Part shown: in pieces, positions 12,885-25,689 of the stretch
Layout: every line of letters starts with the position of its first letter
Position numbering within the stretch: position 1 is the first letter of the stretch
Source: Eledone cirrhosa
Taxonomy: Eukaryota
Direction of reading: 5' to 3'
Length of the DNA stretch: 64,000 bases
Assembly: GCA_964016885.1 (NCBI GenBank)
Contig: OZ024758.1
Location: 26,040,001-26,104,000 of the forward strand
Program-made: the position numbers and the translations under genes
The notes under the pieces: generated by a model
What the model saw: only the letters and a program-made list of their open reading frames with translations
What the model was told of the DNA's origin: nothing
The model's database searches: none

Positions 12885-13215
12885 TCATAAGGTCCCGTCT
12901 TTCACATCTAGAGTAAGGAGAAGATATTCCAATAGCCTGGGGTTTAATGGCCCTCAACTCTTCAATAAGCTGCCAAGAAATTTGAGAGATCTGCATGGTG
13001 TGGTCGTGGATTGGATGTTTTCAAGAAACATCTTGACACTCTGCTGTCCAGGATCCCGGATGAGCCCCACAGCATGAAACAAAGGTAACCCAAGGGCAGC
13101 AGCAACGAACACTCCCTCATACACCAATGGTCAGCCAACACAAACTTGAGATAGAATGTGTAGCAACAATGGCCGCCGTGCCTCCAGCATGGTCTCAGTC
13201 GGATGGCTGGAGCAG
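12885..13215 (+). mobile_element. CR1-group (Crack-like) LINE 3' fragment
   Basis: KVPSFTSRVRRRYSNSLGFNGPQLFNKLPRNLRDL..(frameshift)..DVFKKHLDTLLSRIPDEP, the typical CR1-group C-terminus. Confidence 0.75.
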
Positions 13216-13271
13216 ACAAATGAGTAAAAGAGTTCATGACGAATATTATCATTATGATTTCTGCTGTGTAT

Positions 13272-13820
13272 TATGATTTCTACTATAGGCACAAGGCCAG
13301 CAATTTAGGGGAGAGAGGGACCCCAGTGCATTACTGGAGCTTTATTTTATCGACCCCGTAAAGATGTGGTATACATATTATAATTGTTTCTACTATAGGC
13401 ACAAGGCCAGCAATTTAGGGGAGAGAGGGACCCCAGTGCATTACTGGAGCTTTATTTTATCGACCCCGTAAAGATGTGGTATACATATTATAATTGTTTC
13501 TACTATAGGCACAAGGCCAGCAATTTAGGGGAGAGAGGGACCCCAGTGCATTACTGGAGCTTTATTTTATCGACCCCGTAAAGATGTGGTATACATATTA
13601 TAATTGTTTCTACTATAGGCACAAGGCCAGCAATTTAGGGGAGAGAGGGACCCCAGTGCATTACTGGAGCTTTATTTTATCGACCCCGTAAAGATGTGGT
13701 ATACATATTATAATTGTTTCTACTATAGGCACAAGGCCAGCAATTTAGGGGAGAGAGGGACCCCAGTGCATTACTGGAGCTTTATTTTATCGACCCCGTA
13801 AAGATGTGGTATACATATTA
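13272..13820 (-). repeat. 110-bp tandem repeat (5 copies) derived from the SINE A 3' tail
   Basis: Exact 110-bp period containing AGGCACAAGGCCAGCAAT and TTTATTTTATCGACCCCGTA from SINE A. Confidence 0.92.
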
Positions 13821-14008
13821 TAATTGTTTCTACTTTAGGCACAAGGCCAGCAATTACCCAGTGCATTACTGGTACTTTATTTTATCGACCCAGTAAGGAT
13901 GAAAGGCAAAGTCAACCTCGGCGGGATTTGAACTCAGATCGTAAAGGGACATAACTATGCTGGAAAGCATGGCGTCCGACCCTCTACCGATACTGCCAAT
14001 CCACCGCC
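13821..14008 (-). mobile_element. SINE A, full length, with TSD TATACATATTATAAT
   Basis: Complete copy; TSD at 13810-13824 and 14009-14023. Confidence 0.92.
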
Positions 14009-14062
14009 TATACATATTATAATGATTAGAACAGTTTGATGAATTGTTCAGTCATAACTTAC

Positions 14063-14183
14063 GTGACTATTGTTGATTCTTTCATACATCTGTGCCATCT
14101 TATCATGGAAATAATCAGAACTATCAAAAACTGGTACCATGCGCCTACTTCGAAGATTTTTCCGAAGCTGAATTCGCCGACGA
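14063..14183 (-). CDS. Internal exon of the CBM14 gene (Arg-rich)
   Basis: CTCTTAATTTCAG| acceptor and |GTAAGT donor; 121 nt, phase 2 to 0; encodes RRRIQLRKNLRSRRMVPVFDSSDYFHDKMAQMYERINNSH, the only open frame. Confidence 0.75.
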
Positions 14184-14528
14184 CTGAAATTAAGAGTTAA
14201 CATTTTTTTTTTTAAGTATCCATTATTAAAACATTTTCTAAGAAAGGTGGTGGATTAGCAGAATTATTAGGGTGTTCGACAAAATTTCTTATTGTATTTC
14301 TCCCGGAGGAAATTTCAGGATTGCAGGGAAAAATTTGGGAGTTCCAGTGAAGAAATTTTGTCTCTAGATTGAAAAAATTATAATCGTTGTTGGTACTGTT
14401 TCTGCAAGAATTATTTTATTTAATGTTGGCTTTAATGGAAGTTAATGTTAAATTGATATAAGGCAGTTGATAATGTTATGCAATAAATAGTGTTAACCCT
14501 TTAACATTTACATTATTATTTAAAGTAC

Positions 14529-14720
14529 GGCGGTGGATTGGCAGTATCGGTAGAGGGTCGGACGCTATGCTTTCCAGCATAGTTACGTCCCTTTACGATC
14601 TGAGTTCAAATCCCGCCGAGGTTGACTTTGCCTTTCATCCTTACAGGGTCGATAAAATAAAGTACCAGTAATGCACTGGGTAATTGCTGGCCTTGTGCCA
14701 AAAGTAGAAACAATTATTAT
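14529..14720 (+). mobile_element. SINE A, full length
   Basis: GGCGGTGGATTGGCAGTATCGG...GTAGAAACAATTATTAT; near-identical inverted partner of 13821-14008. Confidence 0.92.
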
Positions 14721-15286
14721 TATATTTTCATTGTAAAGGCTTTACCTCACATAATTATCTTATATAATATGGAATCTACGAGATTTTGATGAGGTTATTA
14801 TTTATTTTAAGAACAATACCTTAATGTCAGTATGAGTGGCCGGTTATGGCTGGTTTGAACAGAAAGAGGTGAGAGAATTCTGGCCGCATACGGCTGGTTT
14901 AAATGCTAAAGGGTTAAATACAAGACTGAATTTTTTTATTATTGCATTACATGTGGGAGGAAATCGACAAAATGAGCTAATAATAGGGAGCCGATTGTTA
15001 GATTGGACTAAGGGAACACTGTTTCCATTGGTCTTTCCATTGCTGATACTATCTAGCAGTCGCAACTCTTGGCAGAAGGGGCAACATGAAATAAAGTATT
15101 TTGCTCAAAAACACAAGACGCCGCCCGGTCCAGGAATCAAACACACGTCCTTATTATCATGAGTTCAACATCCTAACCAGCTTCCACAAAGCTGATAAGG
15201 GTGGCAGGGGGTGATACAGAAACGAAGGCTAGGAAAGTACTACTTTAAAACAAAGAAATTTATCAAATTTGTATTCTTGTTCTTAC

Positions 15287-15310
15287 CTTTTTTTCCTTAC
15301 CTGCCATTTT
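15287..15310 (-). CDS. Candidate 24-nt microexon of the CBM14 gene
   Basis: TGATTATTGCATGTATCAG|AAAATGGCAGGTAAGGAAAAAAAG|GTAAGA; phase 2-2; gives ...LPAV-RKWQVRKK-SRRRIQ, continuing the basic tract. Confidence 0.45.
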
Positions 15311-15499
15311 CTGATACATGCAATAATCAGAATTAAGAGGGTAACTAGTGCAAGGGTTCCAAGTACACCACCAACCACATAGTCAGTCGGGAAGGAATTC
15401 TCCTAGAATTTAGAACGAAAAATTAATAATAAATTTAAAGCTCCTTCTTTTATAGATATCGTAAAGATGCCAGAAAAACACCATAAGACTAACTTATTT

Positions 15500-15696
15500 A
15501 AGACCTTCCAACCACTAAAAACCCAGATGGGGAGTACCATGAAAATAAAAGGGCCCTAAAACGGAGAGAAATGAGGCAAAATGGGGGAGATTTTACATAA
15601 TGAAAGCTATACCTATTTTCACAAGAGAAGACATCTCTCACCCACCCGAATGTGGATGGGCGTTCTCCACGTCGGACGGGGAAAGTTGACAGGTTT

Positions 15697-15697
<1 letters not shown>
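15500..15697 (+). mobile_element. MITE family M (TIR CAGACCTGCCAAC), uninterrupted copy
   Basis: AGACCTTCCAACC...GTTGACAGGTTTG termini; homologous to 16793-17175 and 42695-43059. Confidence 0.75.
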
Positions 15698-15746
<49 letters not shown>

Positions 15747-15748
<2 letters not shown>

Positions 15749-16319
15749 CCATGTGCAACCAGCAGTATTCTTCTCACCCATATTTTCCATATATTTACCC
15801 AAACTGCAATTCTGTGTTTCTCTCTTTCTCTCTTACTGCTCCCTCGTTCTCTCTGTTTCTCTTACTTTCTTTCGTCCCCTCTGCCATGTCAGTTAACACT
15901 TTCTCTCTACTGACCTCTCCCTCGCACTCCCACTCACTCAGTCCCTGTTTCTCCCCTTCTTTCTTCCTCCCGTTCGCTGTGAAAACGGTTTTCATTCTTT
16001 CTAACACCGAATTCACTAGCGAAAGGTCTGTTTCTGACTCGCGCATATATTCACACAGCTTATGCTGAAAGAATAACTATGTTGCTTGTGTTTATTTCCA
16101 TCTTCGGTTAGCTTCCCCCCGTGTTGTTTACTTGTCTCACTCGCTTTACGCGTTTCTATTGTCCTAATAACTTATTTTAGTTATTATCGCTCCAACGTGA
16201 GGTATATGATTTTTAATGCGATGAAATACCCATGATCGTTTGGTAAATCACTGATGAGGGACTCATTTTATAACATGTTATCCATGTGCAACCAGCAGTA
16301 TTCTTCTCACCCATATTTT

Positions 16320-16325
<6 letters not shown>
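15747..16325 (+). mobile_element. Penelope-like non-autonomous element with ~48-bp terminal direct repeats, between (CA)n and (TA)n
   Basis: ATCCATGTGCAACCAGCAGTATTCTTCTCACCCATATTTTCCATATAT at both ends; CTGATGAGGG at 16251. Related copies at 19715-19840 (-) and 39345-39580 (-). Confidence 0.55.
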
Positions 16326-16385
<60 letters not shown>

Positions 16386-16792
16386 GAGAGAGGGATTTTA
16401 GGAAATATATAAAATATATGAATACTTTCCCTGCAGCAATTCATTCCGATATGTACCGAAAATAAATGACAACAAAAAATGCATTTTAAAAATTCTATTT
16501 CTTATCGACTCTAATCCGTACTTTCTACGTGAATCAATGTTACTTCTTAAATCTATTCGCTAATATATACTAGGTCGCTCTTCTTTTATACAGAACCTTT
16601 TTTTTTTTTAGGGAGAGATTAATTGAAAGATTATTTAGCAAAAGAGTTGAACATATAATCTGGAGCGTATTGATGGTAAAGGCACAGATGGAATAACACT
16701 TATCCTGTTCGATGGAAGAGGAGGCAGATAAATCTCTAATCTTGGACGCCACGTGCGGGGACTCATTCTTCGACTCCAACCTTATTACTACG

Positions 16793-17175
16793 CAGACCTG
16801 CCAACCTCTAATACCGTGAAAAAAAGTGCCGCAAAATGGGGAGATATGAGGCAAGATGGGGAGATTTGACATAATTGTTTCTACATGTGGCACAAGGCCA
16901 GCAATTATCCCAGTGTATTACTGGTGCTTTATTTTATCGACCCCGTAAGGATGCAGGGCAAAGTTTAACCTCGGCGGGATTTGAACTCAGACCATAAAGG
17001 GACGTAACTCTTTGCTGCAAAGCATGGCGTCCGACCCTCTACCAATACTGCCAATCCACCGCCCTACGGGAGATTTGACATAATGAAAGTTATGCACAAG
17101 ACATCTCTCACCCATCCCAAAGTGGGTGAGAGATCCCCCCCCCTCCCCGTCGGACGAGGAAAGTTGACAGGTCTG
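16793..17175 (+). mobile_element. MITE family M interrupted by SINE A (16875-17064, minus)
   Basis: TIRs CAGACCTGCCAAC / GTTGACAGGTCTG; the SINE is flanked by TSD GGGAGATTTGACATAAT. Confidence 0.85.
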
Positions 17176-17334
17176 ACTTCGGCAATAAATCTGGGCACTG
17201 CCGCCTGTAACGTGAGATTTTCAAATACTGGAACTTCACCAACTGGTTTCTTTTCGTGCCAGTTGTCGTAAAATATCTCTGGGATCCTACGACTCTACCG
17301 TTTTTCTTGGCAAAATTTTGGGGAATGCATTCCA

Positions 17335-17915
17335 CCTGAGGATTAAGCCACAGGAATTTAATGAAAACCAGAAAAATCTTTGTTGTTATGAAGTCTCTAC
17401 TTCGTTTCTTTTGCGCAGCAAAAAACGACCCATTTCATGATCACATTGTGACATACGATGAAACGTGGATCTGATACATCAACCTCGAGGGTTCAACACA
17501 GTGATTGTACCGAGATGAAGTTTCTAAACATTTCTCAAATCCGAAGCTGCACCAAAAGAATGTCATGGTGACTGTTTGGTGGTCCGCAGCCGGATTAATC
17601 CGCTACGGCTTTCTGCATCCTAGCGAAATAATCTCAGCAGAAAATGATCGGCATGACTTTGATGAAATGCATCAAAAATTGTAGTGTAATGTATCCAGCA
17701 TTGGTCAATAGAAAACATTCAAATCTCTTGCACAACAATGCAAGAACACACACCGCACAACCAACGCTGCAGAAGTCGAACGAATTGAACAACGAAACTC
17801 TGCCTCAGCCAGCCTACTCACAGGATCTTTTACCATCCGACTGCCACCGTTTCAAGCATTTCGGCAACTACTGGCAAGGAAAGTTTTTCAACTACCAAAC
17901 AAGCGCAAAAAGGTG
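17335..17915 (+). pseudogene. Degenerate mariner (DD34D) transposase
   Basis: Motifs across frameshifts: PQEFNENQK, IVTYDETWI, LHQKNVMVTVWWSAAGLI, LLHNNARTHTAQPTLQKSNEL, LPQPAYSQDLLPSDCHRFKHF. Confidence 0.9.
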
Positions 17916-17949
17916 AATATCCTAATGGGTTTTTAACGATTTTATTCTG

Positions 17950-18144
17950 GTCTGAGTTATGTCATTTTAATCTGAGCTGAGATATGTCATTTTAATCTGA
18001 GCTGAGATATGTCATTTTAATCTGAGCTGAGATATGTCATTTTAATCTGAGCTGAGATATGTCATTTTAATCTGAGCTGAGATATGTCATTTTAATCTGA
18101 GCTGAGATATGTCATTTTAATCTGAGCTGAGATATGTCATTTTA
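17950..18144. repeat. 25-bp tandem repeat (~7.5 copies)
   Basis: Unit TCTGAGCTGAGATATGTCATTTTAA, at the 3' end of the mariner remnant. Confidence 0.95.
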
Positions 18145-18295
18145 AGAATAATGTTTAAAAACCTGCATTGATTTCTGAACAAGTGGATCATAAATGTTCG
18201 ATTAAATCTCGTCATATTGATATACTGCTCTAAAAATGATTACACTATGCAATGAGAAAAATATTGATAGCTTCAACTTATAGTTAAATATATAC

Positions 18296-18536
18296 CTTAC
18301 CGCTGGGAGTAAATTATTTGTCCAATAAAGATTTGGACATCTTACTGGTGTTTCACACTTAAATGATGAACTGACAACACAGAAACCTCGTTTAGAGTCA
18401 AACTCTTTTCTTCCGGGACAAAGTCGCTTGATTAAAAACTGGCCGTCGTAACCACATTCATAGTATTCCCGACACGTGACTGCATCTCGGAACCTTTCAC
18501 CTGCAGGACACGGCAGTGAGACCTTTCTACAGAGCT
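18296..18536 (-). CDS. Exon encoding a chitin-binding type-2 (CBM14/peritrophin-A) domain
   Basis: CPAGERFRDAVTCREYYECGYDGQFLIKRLCPGRKEFDSKRGFCVVSSSFKC: six-Cys spacing with the D..C..YY.C and CP....FD....C hallmarks. Polypyrimidine acceptor ...GTTGACAG|. Donor AG|GTATAT at 18295 gives phase 2; an alternative GTAAG donor at 18300 gives phase 0. Confidence 0.85.
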
Positions 18537-19642
18537 CTGTCAACGAATATGAAACAAAAATGAAAAGATTAGTGGAAGAAAATGAACAGATATCTTCGAA
18601 TTATGTTTTCCGAAAGATTTTATAGGAATGAAATCCCAGCTTCCTTTTTACTTTCGATGTTATTGAAATTTTTTATTTTAAAATCTGTTAATTGTAATAA
18701 AGAGAAGTTGCTGACTAATAATTGTTTCTACTTTAGGCACAAGGCCAGCAATTACTCCAGTGGGACTTTATTTTATCGACCCCGTAAGGATGAAAGACAA
18801 AGTTAACCTCGGTGACTAATAATATATCGAAGTTTTTTAAAAAGATGAACAAAAACGTGGATCATTCAGTAAGCCATCTTAAAGTTTAAGATATCGTCTG
18901 CAAAAATTAATAACATGCTGCAGTATAATGTAGCATTGAACATTAATTTTGTTTGGTCATTTCGAATGTATTAAAACTGACTTCATGATTTAATTAGGAC
19001 AAAGTACTTATCGACTATTTCCATTGAAGACTCATGTAAACCCTATTATAGACACAACCCTAGAACTTGGCTCATATCATTTTACTTACAGTTAAACATT
19101 TTCAATTTCTAGTGAGGGAAATAAAAATACAGCACAGTCAATGAAAAATAAAATGTTGTAAGTTCTCACTAAGTAAATTGAAATTTCTTATTAGAAAATA
19201 ACTTTTAAGAATTAGAAGCATAAAGAAATCTCAATATACAAAAATGGTAGAGTCAATAAAATCAAAAGAAGAGAAGATTAAAACTGGTAAAAGATGTCAA
19301 TTTTTGTGCAAAATGATTTGTTTCTAGAAAAAGAAACAAGATACCAATAAGGTCCCAAAAGTACAGAGATTTGAAATACAGAAGTGCTTATTTATTTTTT
19401 AAAAAAATAAACGTTAATATACAAACACAGTCTTCTCTCCTGCACACATCTGCTTCCTCTTATATTCAACCTTTCTCTTAGATCACTCGTGCTCCCATGT
19501 TCCTACTAACATTACACATACAACGAGCCTTCGTAACATGGCCGCCTCATTTCTTTACAGTATCCCCTTATCTATTATTTATTTCAAACCAGTCCCTTAA
19601 AAATGATAGCAACTCATTACACCTTTCGTACATTATCGACCG

Positions 19643-19716
<74 letters not shown>

Positions 19717-20046
19717 AGGTGAGTCCTTCATCAGTGACCCTCCAACTGTCCTCGGCATTTCATCGCTTTAAGGGCCATATGCCTCAGGTTGGTGCGAACA
19801 ACGGCTAAAAAAAGTCGTTGGGACACGTAAATAAAGGGGGACGCTAGAGTAACAACAAAAAGGGTTTAAGCAACGGAAAGTGAGTAGAAATAGACAAGTC
19901 CCAGATCTCTATGAATATAAACTCTGTGAAATCGTGAACAAGAGACGAAAGACCATCGAACCTGGTAGAAATGTGAGCAAGGAAAGAATTTCGCCCAAGT
20001 TTGACATATATATATATATAAATAGAGAGAGAGAGAGGGGGGGGGG

Positions 20047-20206
20047 GCAAGATGGTTTGATAACATCCATGAGCTTGGCTGGTCATGCTTGGGGATCCAG
20101 CCGAATAAGTTGGAGACGGCTGCTTCTGACAGGACCCACTGGAAGAAGAAGAAGAAGAAGAAGAAGAAGAAGAAGAAGAAGAAGAAGAAGAAGAAGAAGA
20201 AGAAGA
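20047..20206 (+). mobile_element. RTE 3'-end short element with (GAA)n tail
   Basis: GCAAGATGGTTTGATAACATCCATGAGCTTGGCTGG...CTGACAGGACCC; other copies at 35880-36093, 39720-39815 and 57735-57885 (RWLDNIHELGWSRLGIQP). Confidence 0.75.
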
Positions 20207-20538
20207 ATATGTGCACACAGCTATGCTTGATCCTAATTCTATTCTATTATAAGTTGAGCCAACTTATGCAGCTTCATATGCAAATGAGATTAATCACCTC
20301 ATTTACACAGACGAGAAAACCGTATATTCTCGACTGTTTTCAAGTCCAGCAGACGCAAGCGTGGGAGGGATCGTCCTGATGAGAACCATTTAAGTGCATT
20401 GACGATTGTCCCCCTTGCTTCTGTTGGACACCACCAGAGGGCGATGGTCCCGGTGCTTTGCATAGCTACGGCTTTCTAAATGTTTATCCATAAACATACC
20501 GTATTTCTTTACAAATACGAAATTTCAATATATATATA

Positions 20539-21494
20539 CTAGCAGTGGAGCCCAGCGTTGCACTGGGTTGGAAGAATTAAACTTCAAAAGTGTAGTAACA
20601 CGTATAAATAAAAAATAAAATATGATTGTGAGTTGCGCACATGGAGCGGAAACATAGGCTGTAGTTTGTGCCCTACTTCTTTGTTCCAAATTTGGAGGAA
20701 ATCGGGTGTAAACTGTAGAAGTTATTGACAAATTGATTTTTTAAAGTCGGTTTTTCTCTTAAAAACATAAACCAGTAACACCCGGTGTTATTGTTGCTAA
20801 CCGTTGGCAGGGACTTTTTCAATAAATTCATTCTGATTCTTTTTCACCAATTAAGCTTTTTCTGGTACAACCGATGTCTTATGAAATGCACCCTTTATAC
20901 TAAACATCTGTGCATCACGTGCTACGACAGTGGGGGAAACTCGATAAACCCGCCTGGACCAAGCAGTAAACCATGCAATTGAGGTGGCCGTTTCAGTTGA
21001 TTTTCCGCTGCTAGGGGCTACAGTAGGCAGAACAAATAAAATTGTATGAGTAAATAATATTAAACGGAACACAATGCATAATTGGTGAAAATTTGAATAA
21101 AATCGGTCGCAAACTGTAGGCGTTATAACGATGCGGATTTTTTCGATTCGTTTTTTCTAGTCTAGGGTGTGCACAAAACAAAATGTTATGAGTCCAAAAT
21201 AAAGTCGGGAACACAATGTATGTTTGTTCCAAATTTGAAGGAAATCGGGTGTAAACTGTAGAAGTTATTGACAAAATGATTTTTTTAAAGTCGGTTTTTT
21301 TCTCTTATAGAGGGCGCAGTAGACACACATTTGAAAATGTTCGTACGATGGTCAGGAACATAACGTATGTTTGTGGCAAATTTGAAGGAAATCGGTTGCA
21401 AGTTGTAGAAATGCGGAAACAGACACATTTCTACAACTTGCAACCGATTTTCTTCAAATTTGCCACAAACTGACCTTCGTACGAACATGTTCAA

Positions 21495-21500
<6 letters not shown>
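20539..21500 (-). mobile_element. Non-autonomous Helitron-like element inserted in (TA)n
   Basis: Minus strand ends CCCAGTGCAACGCTGGG hairpin + CTCCACTGCTAG|T. Internal direct repeats (20680-20760 vs 21222-21307) and an internal palindrome at 21369-21470. Confidence 0.7.
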
Positions 21501-21567
<67 letters not shown>

Positions 21568-21653
21568 GTAATAATAATAAATTTGAAAACTAAAATCTAA
21601 AGAGGGCTCGATAAGGGTAAATATATATCAAATATATAAGAACCCTAGAGCAA

Positions 21654-21798
21654 ATATTTATTAAAATAACAGATTAAAGTTTAAGCAAAGAATTGCTGCT
21701 TTCACCCTTAACAGGATCTTCTGAAACTCAGAAGATCCCGTTAAGGGTGAAAGCAGCGATTCTTTGCTTAAACTTTAATCTGTTATTTTAATAAATAT
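21654..21798. repeat. Fold-back palindrome (~70-bp arms) next to (TA)n with degenerate hammerhead-like cores
   Basis: Arms centred on CTGAAACTCAG; CAGAAGA-TCCCGTTAAGGGT-GAAAGC on the plus strand and its mirror on the minus strand. Confidence 0.85.
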
Positions 21799-22028
21799 AT
21801 ATATATATAAAGAGTTTGGTTCATTAATATATCCGTCATGTAATTCAGTCAATCTAGTTCCTGTAACTAGAGCAGGCAGTCATTGGGGTCCCACTTTAGA
21901 CATTTGATTGTGTGTCCATCATGGCATTTTAGTGAGCCTTAGAAATGCTTGGCGGTGCCCATCTTCCCTACAAGAGTCCAGTCTCTCACTAAGTTCAGAT
22001 TGTTCAGTTGTAGAACAATCATCTAGAC

Positions 22029-22212
22029 CAGTGGTTCTCAACCCGGGTCCACATGGACCCTGGGGATCCATGTAATATTCCTGGGAGTCCACAGGCAAAA
22101 AATAGAATAAGCTTTTCTTTTGTCGAATAGCTATGAGAGGGTCCCCCCCCCCCCCCCCCAAAAAAAAATAAGGGAAAAGGGGTCCATGAGTAAAAAAAGG
22201 TTGAGAACCACA
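22029..22212. mobile_element. hAT-Charlie-type MITE
   Basis: TIRs CAGTGGTTCTCAACC / GGTTGAGAACCAC. Confidence 0.75.
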
Positions 22213-22314
22213 TTGGTCAGGAATTTTCATCTTTTGAAGTATACACCAAACTGATATCATATTTGGATCAAATTATAAAATTTCTGAAATCAATTTTTTT
22301 CTTACTTTAATAGA

Positions 22315-22528
22315 CAGGGTGAGCATAAAGTCTTTCCCTGATTATAAAATACCATATCTCAGATACTATTTACTTGATTGTTTTAATTTATAAATTTCAA
22401 GTTTAAAGTTTAAAGTTTTTCTGAACATGTTTTACATTTTTTCTTCTACAGGAAGTAGATTTTTCAGTAACAAAATGGCAACTATGAAACAAAACGCTCA
22501 GTGTGGAAAGACTTTATGGTCCCTCTGT
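22315..22528. mobile_element. Tc1/mariner-type MITE
   Basis: Imperfect TIRs CAGGGTGAGCATAAAGTCTTTCC / GGAAAGACTTTATGGTCCCTCTG followed by TA. Confidence 0.65.
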
Positions 22529-23404
22529 ATAGTTTTCAGGCACTTAGACCTTTAATTTTTAACATAAATGTTCAAGTTGTGCTTATTATGTCCTGATCAT
22601 GCAATTATATTTATTCCCTACAATAGTTTACAAATATTCATCCAAAAGAGCCGAAATGGATTTAATCTACAATTTGTAAATAAATTTGAGCAGGTAAAAT
22701 ATCTTTCAAAATGTCACCTCAATGTGAAATAGGTTATTTATTTCTTTTTCGTTTTATTGGGGGATCTTCATACACAACTGTTCTCTTCAATTTTATATGA
22801 AAAGAAAAGGCTATACAATAAACAAAGAGGAACTATATATGTAGTCTAGTAGTTGTAAACGAAATTTTCACAATTTTCTTTTTCATCTTATTAGTGATGC
22901 TTTTTGTCCCATTCTTTTCTTCCTTTTATAAAAAAAAAAGCCACCCTCATAACTCCAGTATATTTCATTTAATGGGCTGATGTTATGTCTAGATATGTAG
23001 AAAGAAAGAAATCTTGCTGTTAACAACAAACATTTTGTTACATAGAACCACGTAGCATTACTATGATATTTTCTAGACTAAGACCGGTTTATAGCTAGTA
23101 TTTATATTTCACAGAAATATAGAAGTTTCTGTATACACACACATGAATAAATTGTTTGTATAGGTAAATTATGGTCGTACGTTCGTATCTACGAATGAAT
23201 ATTTGCTTTTATTTATTTCTGTGTGTTTTGTGGGTTGACGAACACTTGGTTTATTGTGGTTTCACTACCAGACAACATTTTATCACACACCTAACTCAAG
23301 TAGCCATCTTCTTAAAACCTTCCCCAGACCTTTACTGACTATTACCGCTGAGGACAAAATGATAAAATCAATGAATTTAATTAAGTCATTGCGGGTTCAA
23401 ATAA

Positions 23405-23598
23405 TAGCCAGCATATTTTGGGGGAGGGGGAAGTCGATTAAATCGACTCCAGTGCGTGACTGGTACTTTATTTTATCGACCCAGTAAGGATGAAAGGCAA
23501 AGTTAACCTCGGCGGGATTTGATCTCAGATCGTAAAGGGCCGTAACTCTATGCTGCAAAGCATGGCGTCCGACCTCTACCGATACTGCCAATCCGCCG
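23405..23598 (-). mobile_element. SINE A with TSD TTGCGGGTTCAAATAATA
   Basis: Full-length copy; TSD at ~23388-23405 and ~23605-23622. Confidence 0.9.
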
Positions 23599-24297
23599 AC
23601 CTTTTTGCGGGTTCAAATAATACATTGTATTAAATTATATTTAATTAGCTGATACATTTTTAAAATTTATATTTATATATTTTTTTTTTTTGTTTTTTTT
23701 GGGGGGCCTTTGTTATAAATACTTAAAAATAAAACAACAGGTTCGAAGCTGTGAATTTTTTAATAGTAAATGTTTTTGTTTTTTTTTGTTTAAATGCGTT
23801 ATAACTCATAAACTTGGGACACATATGTACACGAGGTCCGAACACAAGAACCAAACCCCCACTGTCACTGCCTCCGTCTCTCCCGATCTCCTCATCTCTC
23901 ACTATTGTGAGCAAATGGGGGTCCATGTGCTGGACGCCCCGTGGCCTCGGGGGACAGAATAGAGAAGGCGTTTCCCCAAAGGATGGTGATCATTTTAGAA
24001 CTTCTTTCAGTTGACACAAAAGAGATTTAAAACTACGAAATACAATTTATTTAGAATTTTTGTTTCTGTCGCTTTTAATTCTTGAGATGGTGTAAAGTTT
24101 ACGTAGGTTGTACTGAGGTGCAAGCTTAGAAATTATTTTTAAACCTACATTAATGATTGTTATTTTTACCCCTATAGCAAGCAGCAAACAATTTCAACTT
24201 TGAAATTAAAAATCAAAGTTGACCTTGATAGGATTTAAACTATTGCGAAACATCTGTCCGACGTTCTAATGACTCGGCAAATCCACTGCTATGAGTA

Positions 24298-24428
24298 CAG
24301 TAAGTCCCCGACTTACGAATGTTCTAAGCGGCCGTTTGTTAGTTGATTTGTTCGTAAGTTCATCGCCTAACACAGTATATATCAGTAAGCCTATATATGT
24401 TACATTGATACAGCAGGTTTCCATATGA

Positions 24429-24479
<51 letters not shown>

Positions 24480-25598
24480 TATATATATACAGTATATATA
24501 TATACAGTATATATATATATATATAGTATATATATATACAGTATATATATATACAGTATATATATATATATAGTATATATATATACAGTATATATATATA
24601 TATAGTATATATATATACAGTATATATATATACAGTATATAGAGGTATATATATATACAGTATATAGAGGTATATATATATACAGTATATAGAGGTATAT
24701 ATAACATGTAATATAGAGATATATATAACATGTAATATAGAGATATATATAACATGTAATATAGAGATATATATAACATGTAATATAGAGATATATATAA
24801 CATGTAATATAGAGATATATATAACATGTAATATAGAGATATATATAACATGTAATATAGAGATATATATAACATGTAATATAGAGATATATATAACATG
24901 TAATATAGAGATATATATAACATGTAATATAGAGATATATATAACATGTAATATAGAGATATATATAACATGTAATATAGAGATATATATAACATGTAAT
25001 ATAGAGATATATATAACATGTAATATAGAGATATATAACATGTAATATTAAGATATATAACATGTAATATTAAGATATATAACATGTAATATTAAGATAT
25101 ATAACATGTAATATTAAGATATATAACATGTAATATTAAGATATATAACATGTAATATTAAGATATATAACATGTAATATTAAGATATATAACATGTAAT
25201 ATTAAGATATATAACATGTAATATTAAGATATATAACATGTAATATTAAGATATATAACATGTAATATTAAGATATATAACATGTAATATTAAGATATAA
25301 AACATGTAATATTAAGATATATAACATGTAATATTAAGATATATAACATGTAATATTAAGATATATAACATGTAATATTAAGATATATAACATGTAATAT
25401 TAAGATATATAACATGTAATATTAAGATATATAACATGTAATATTAAGATATATAACATGTAATATTAAGATATATAACATGTAATATTAAGATATATAA
25501 CATGTAATATTAAGATATATAACATGTAATATTAAGATATATAACATGTAAAATTAAGATATATATACAGTATATAGAAGTATATATAATATGTAATG

Positions 25599-25689
<91 letters not shown>

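Noticed and set aside
16250-16275. Hammerhead at CTGATGAGGG (also 19720, 20376, 39400, 60596)
   Set aside because: The core heptamer is present, but no closing stem II plus GAAA; at most truncated relics.
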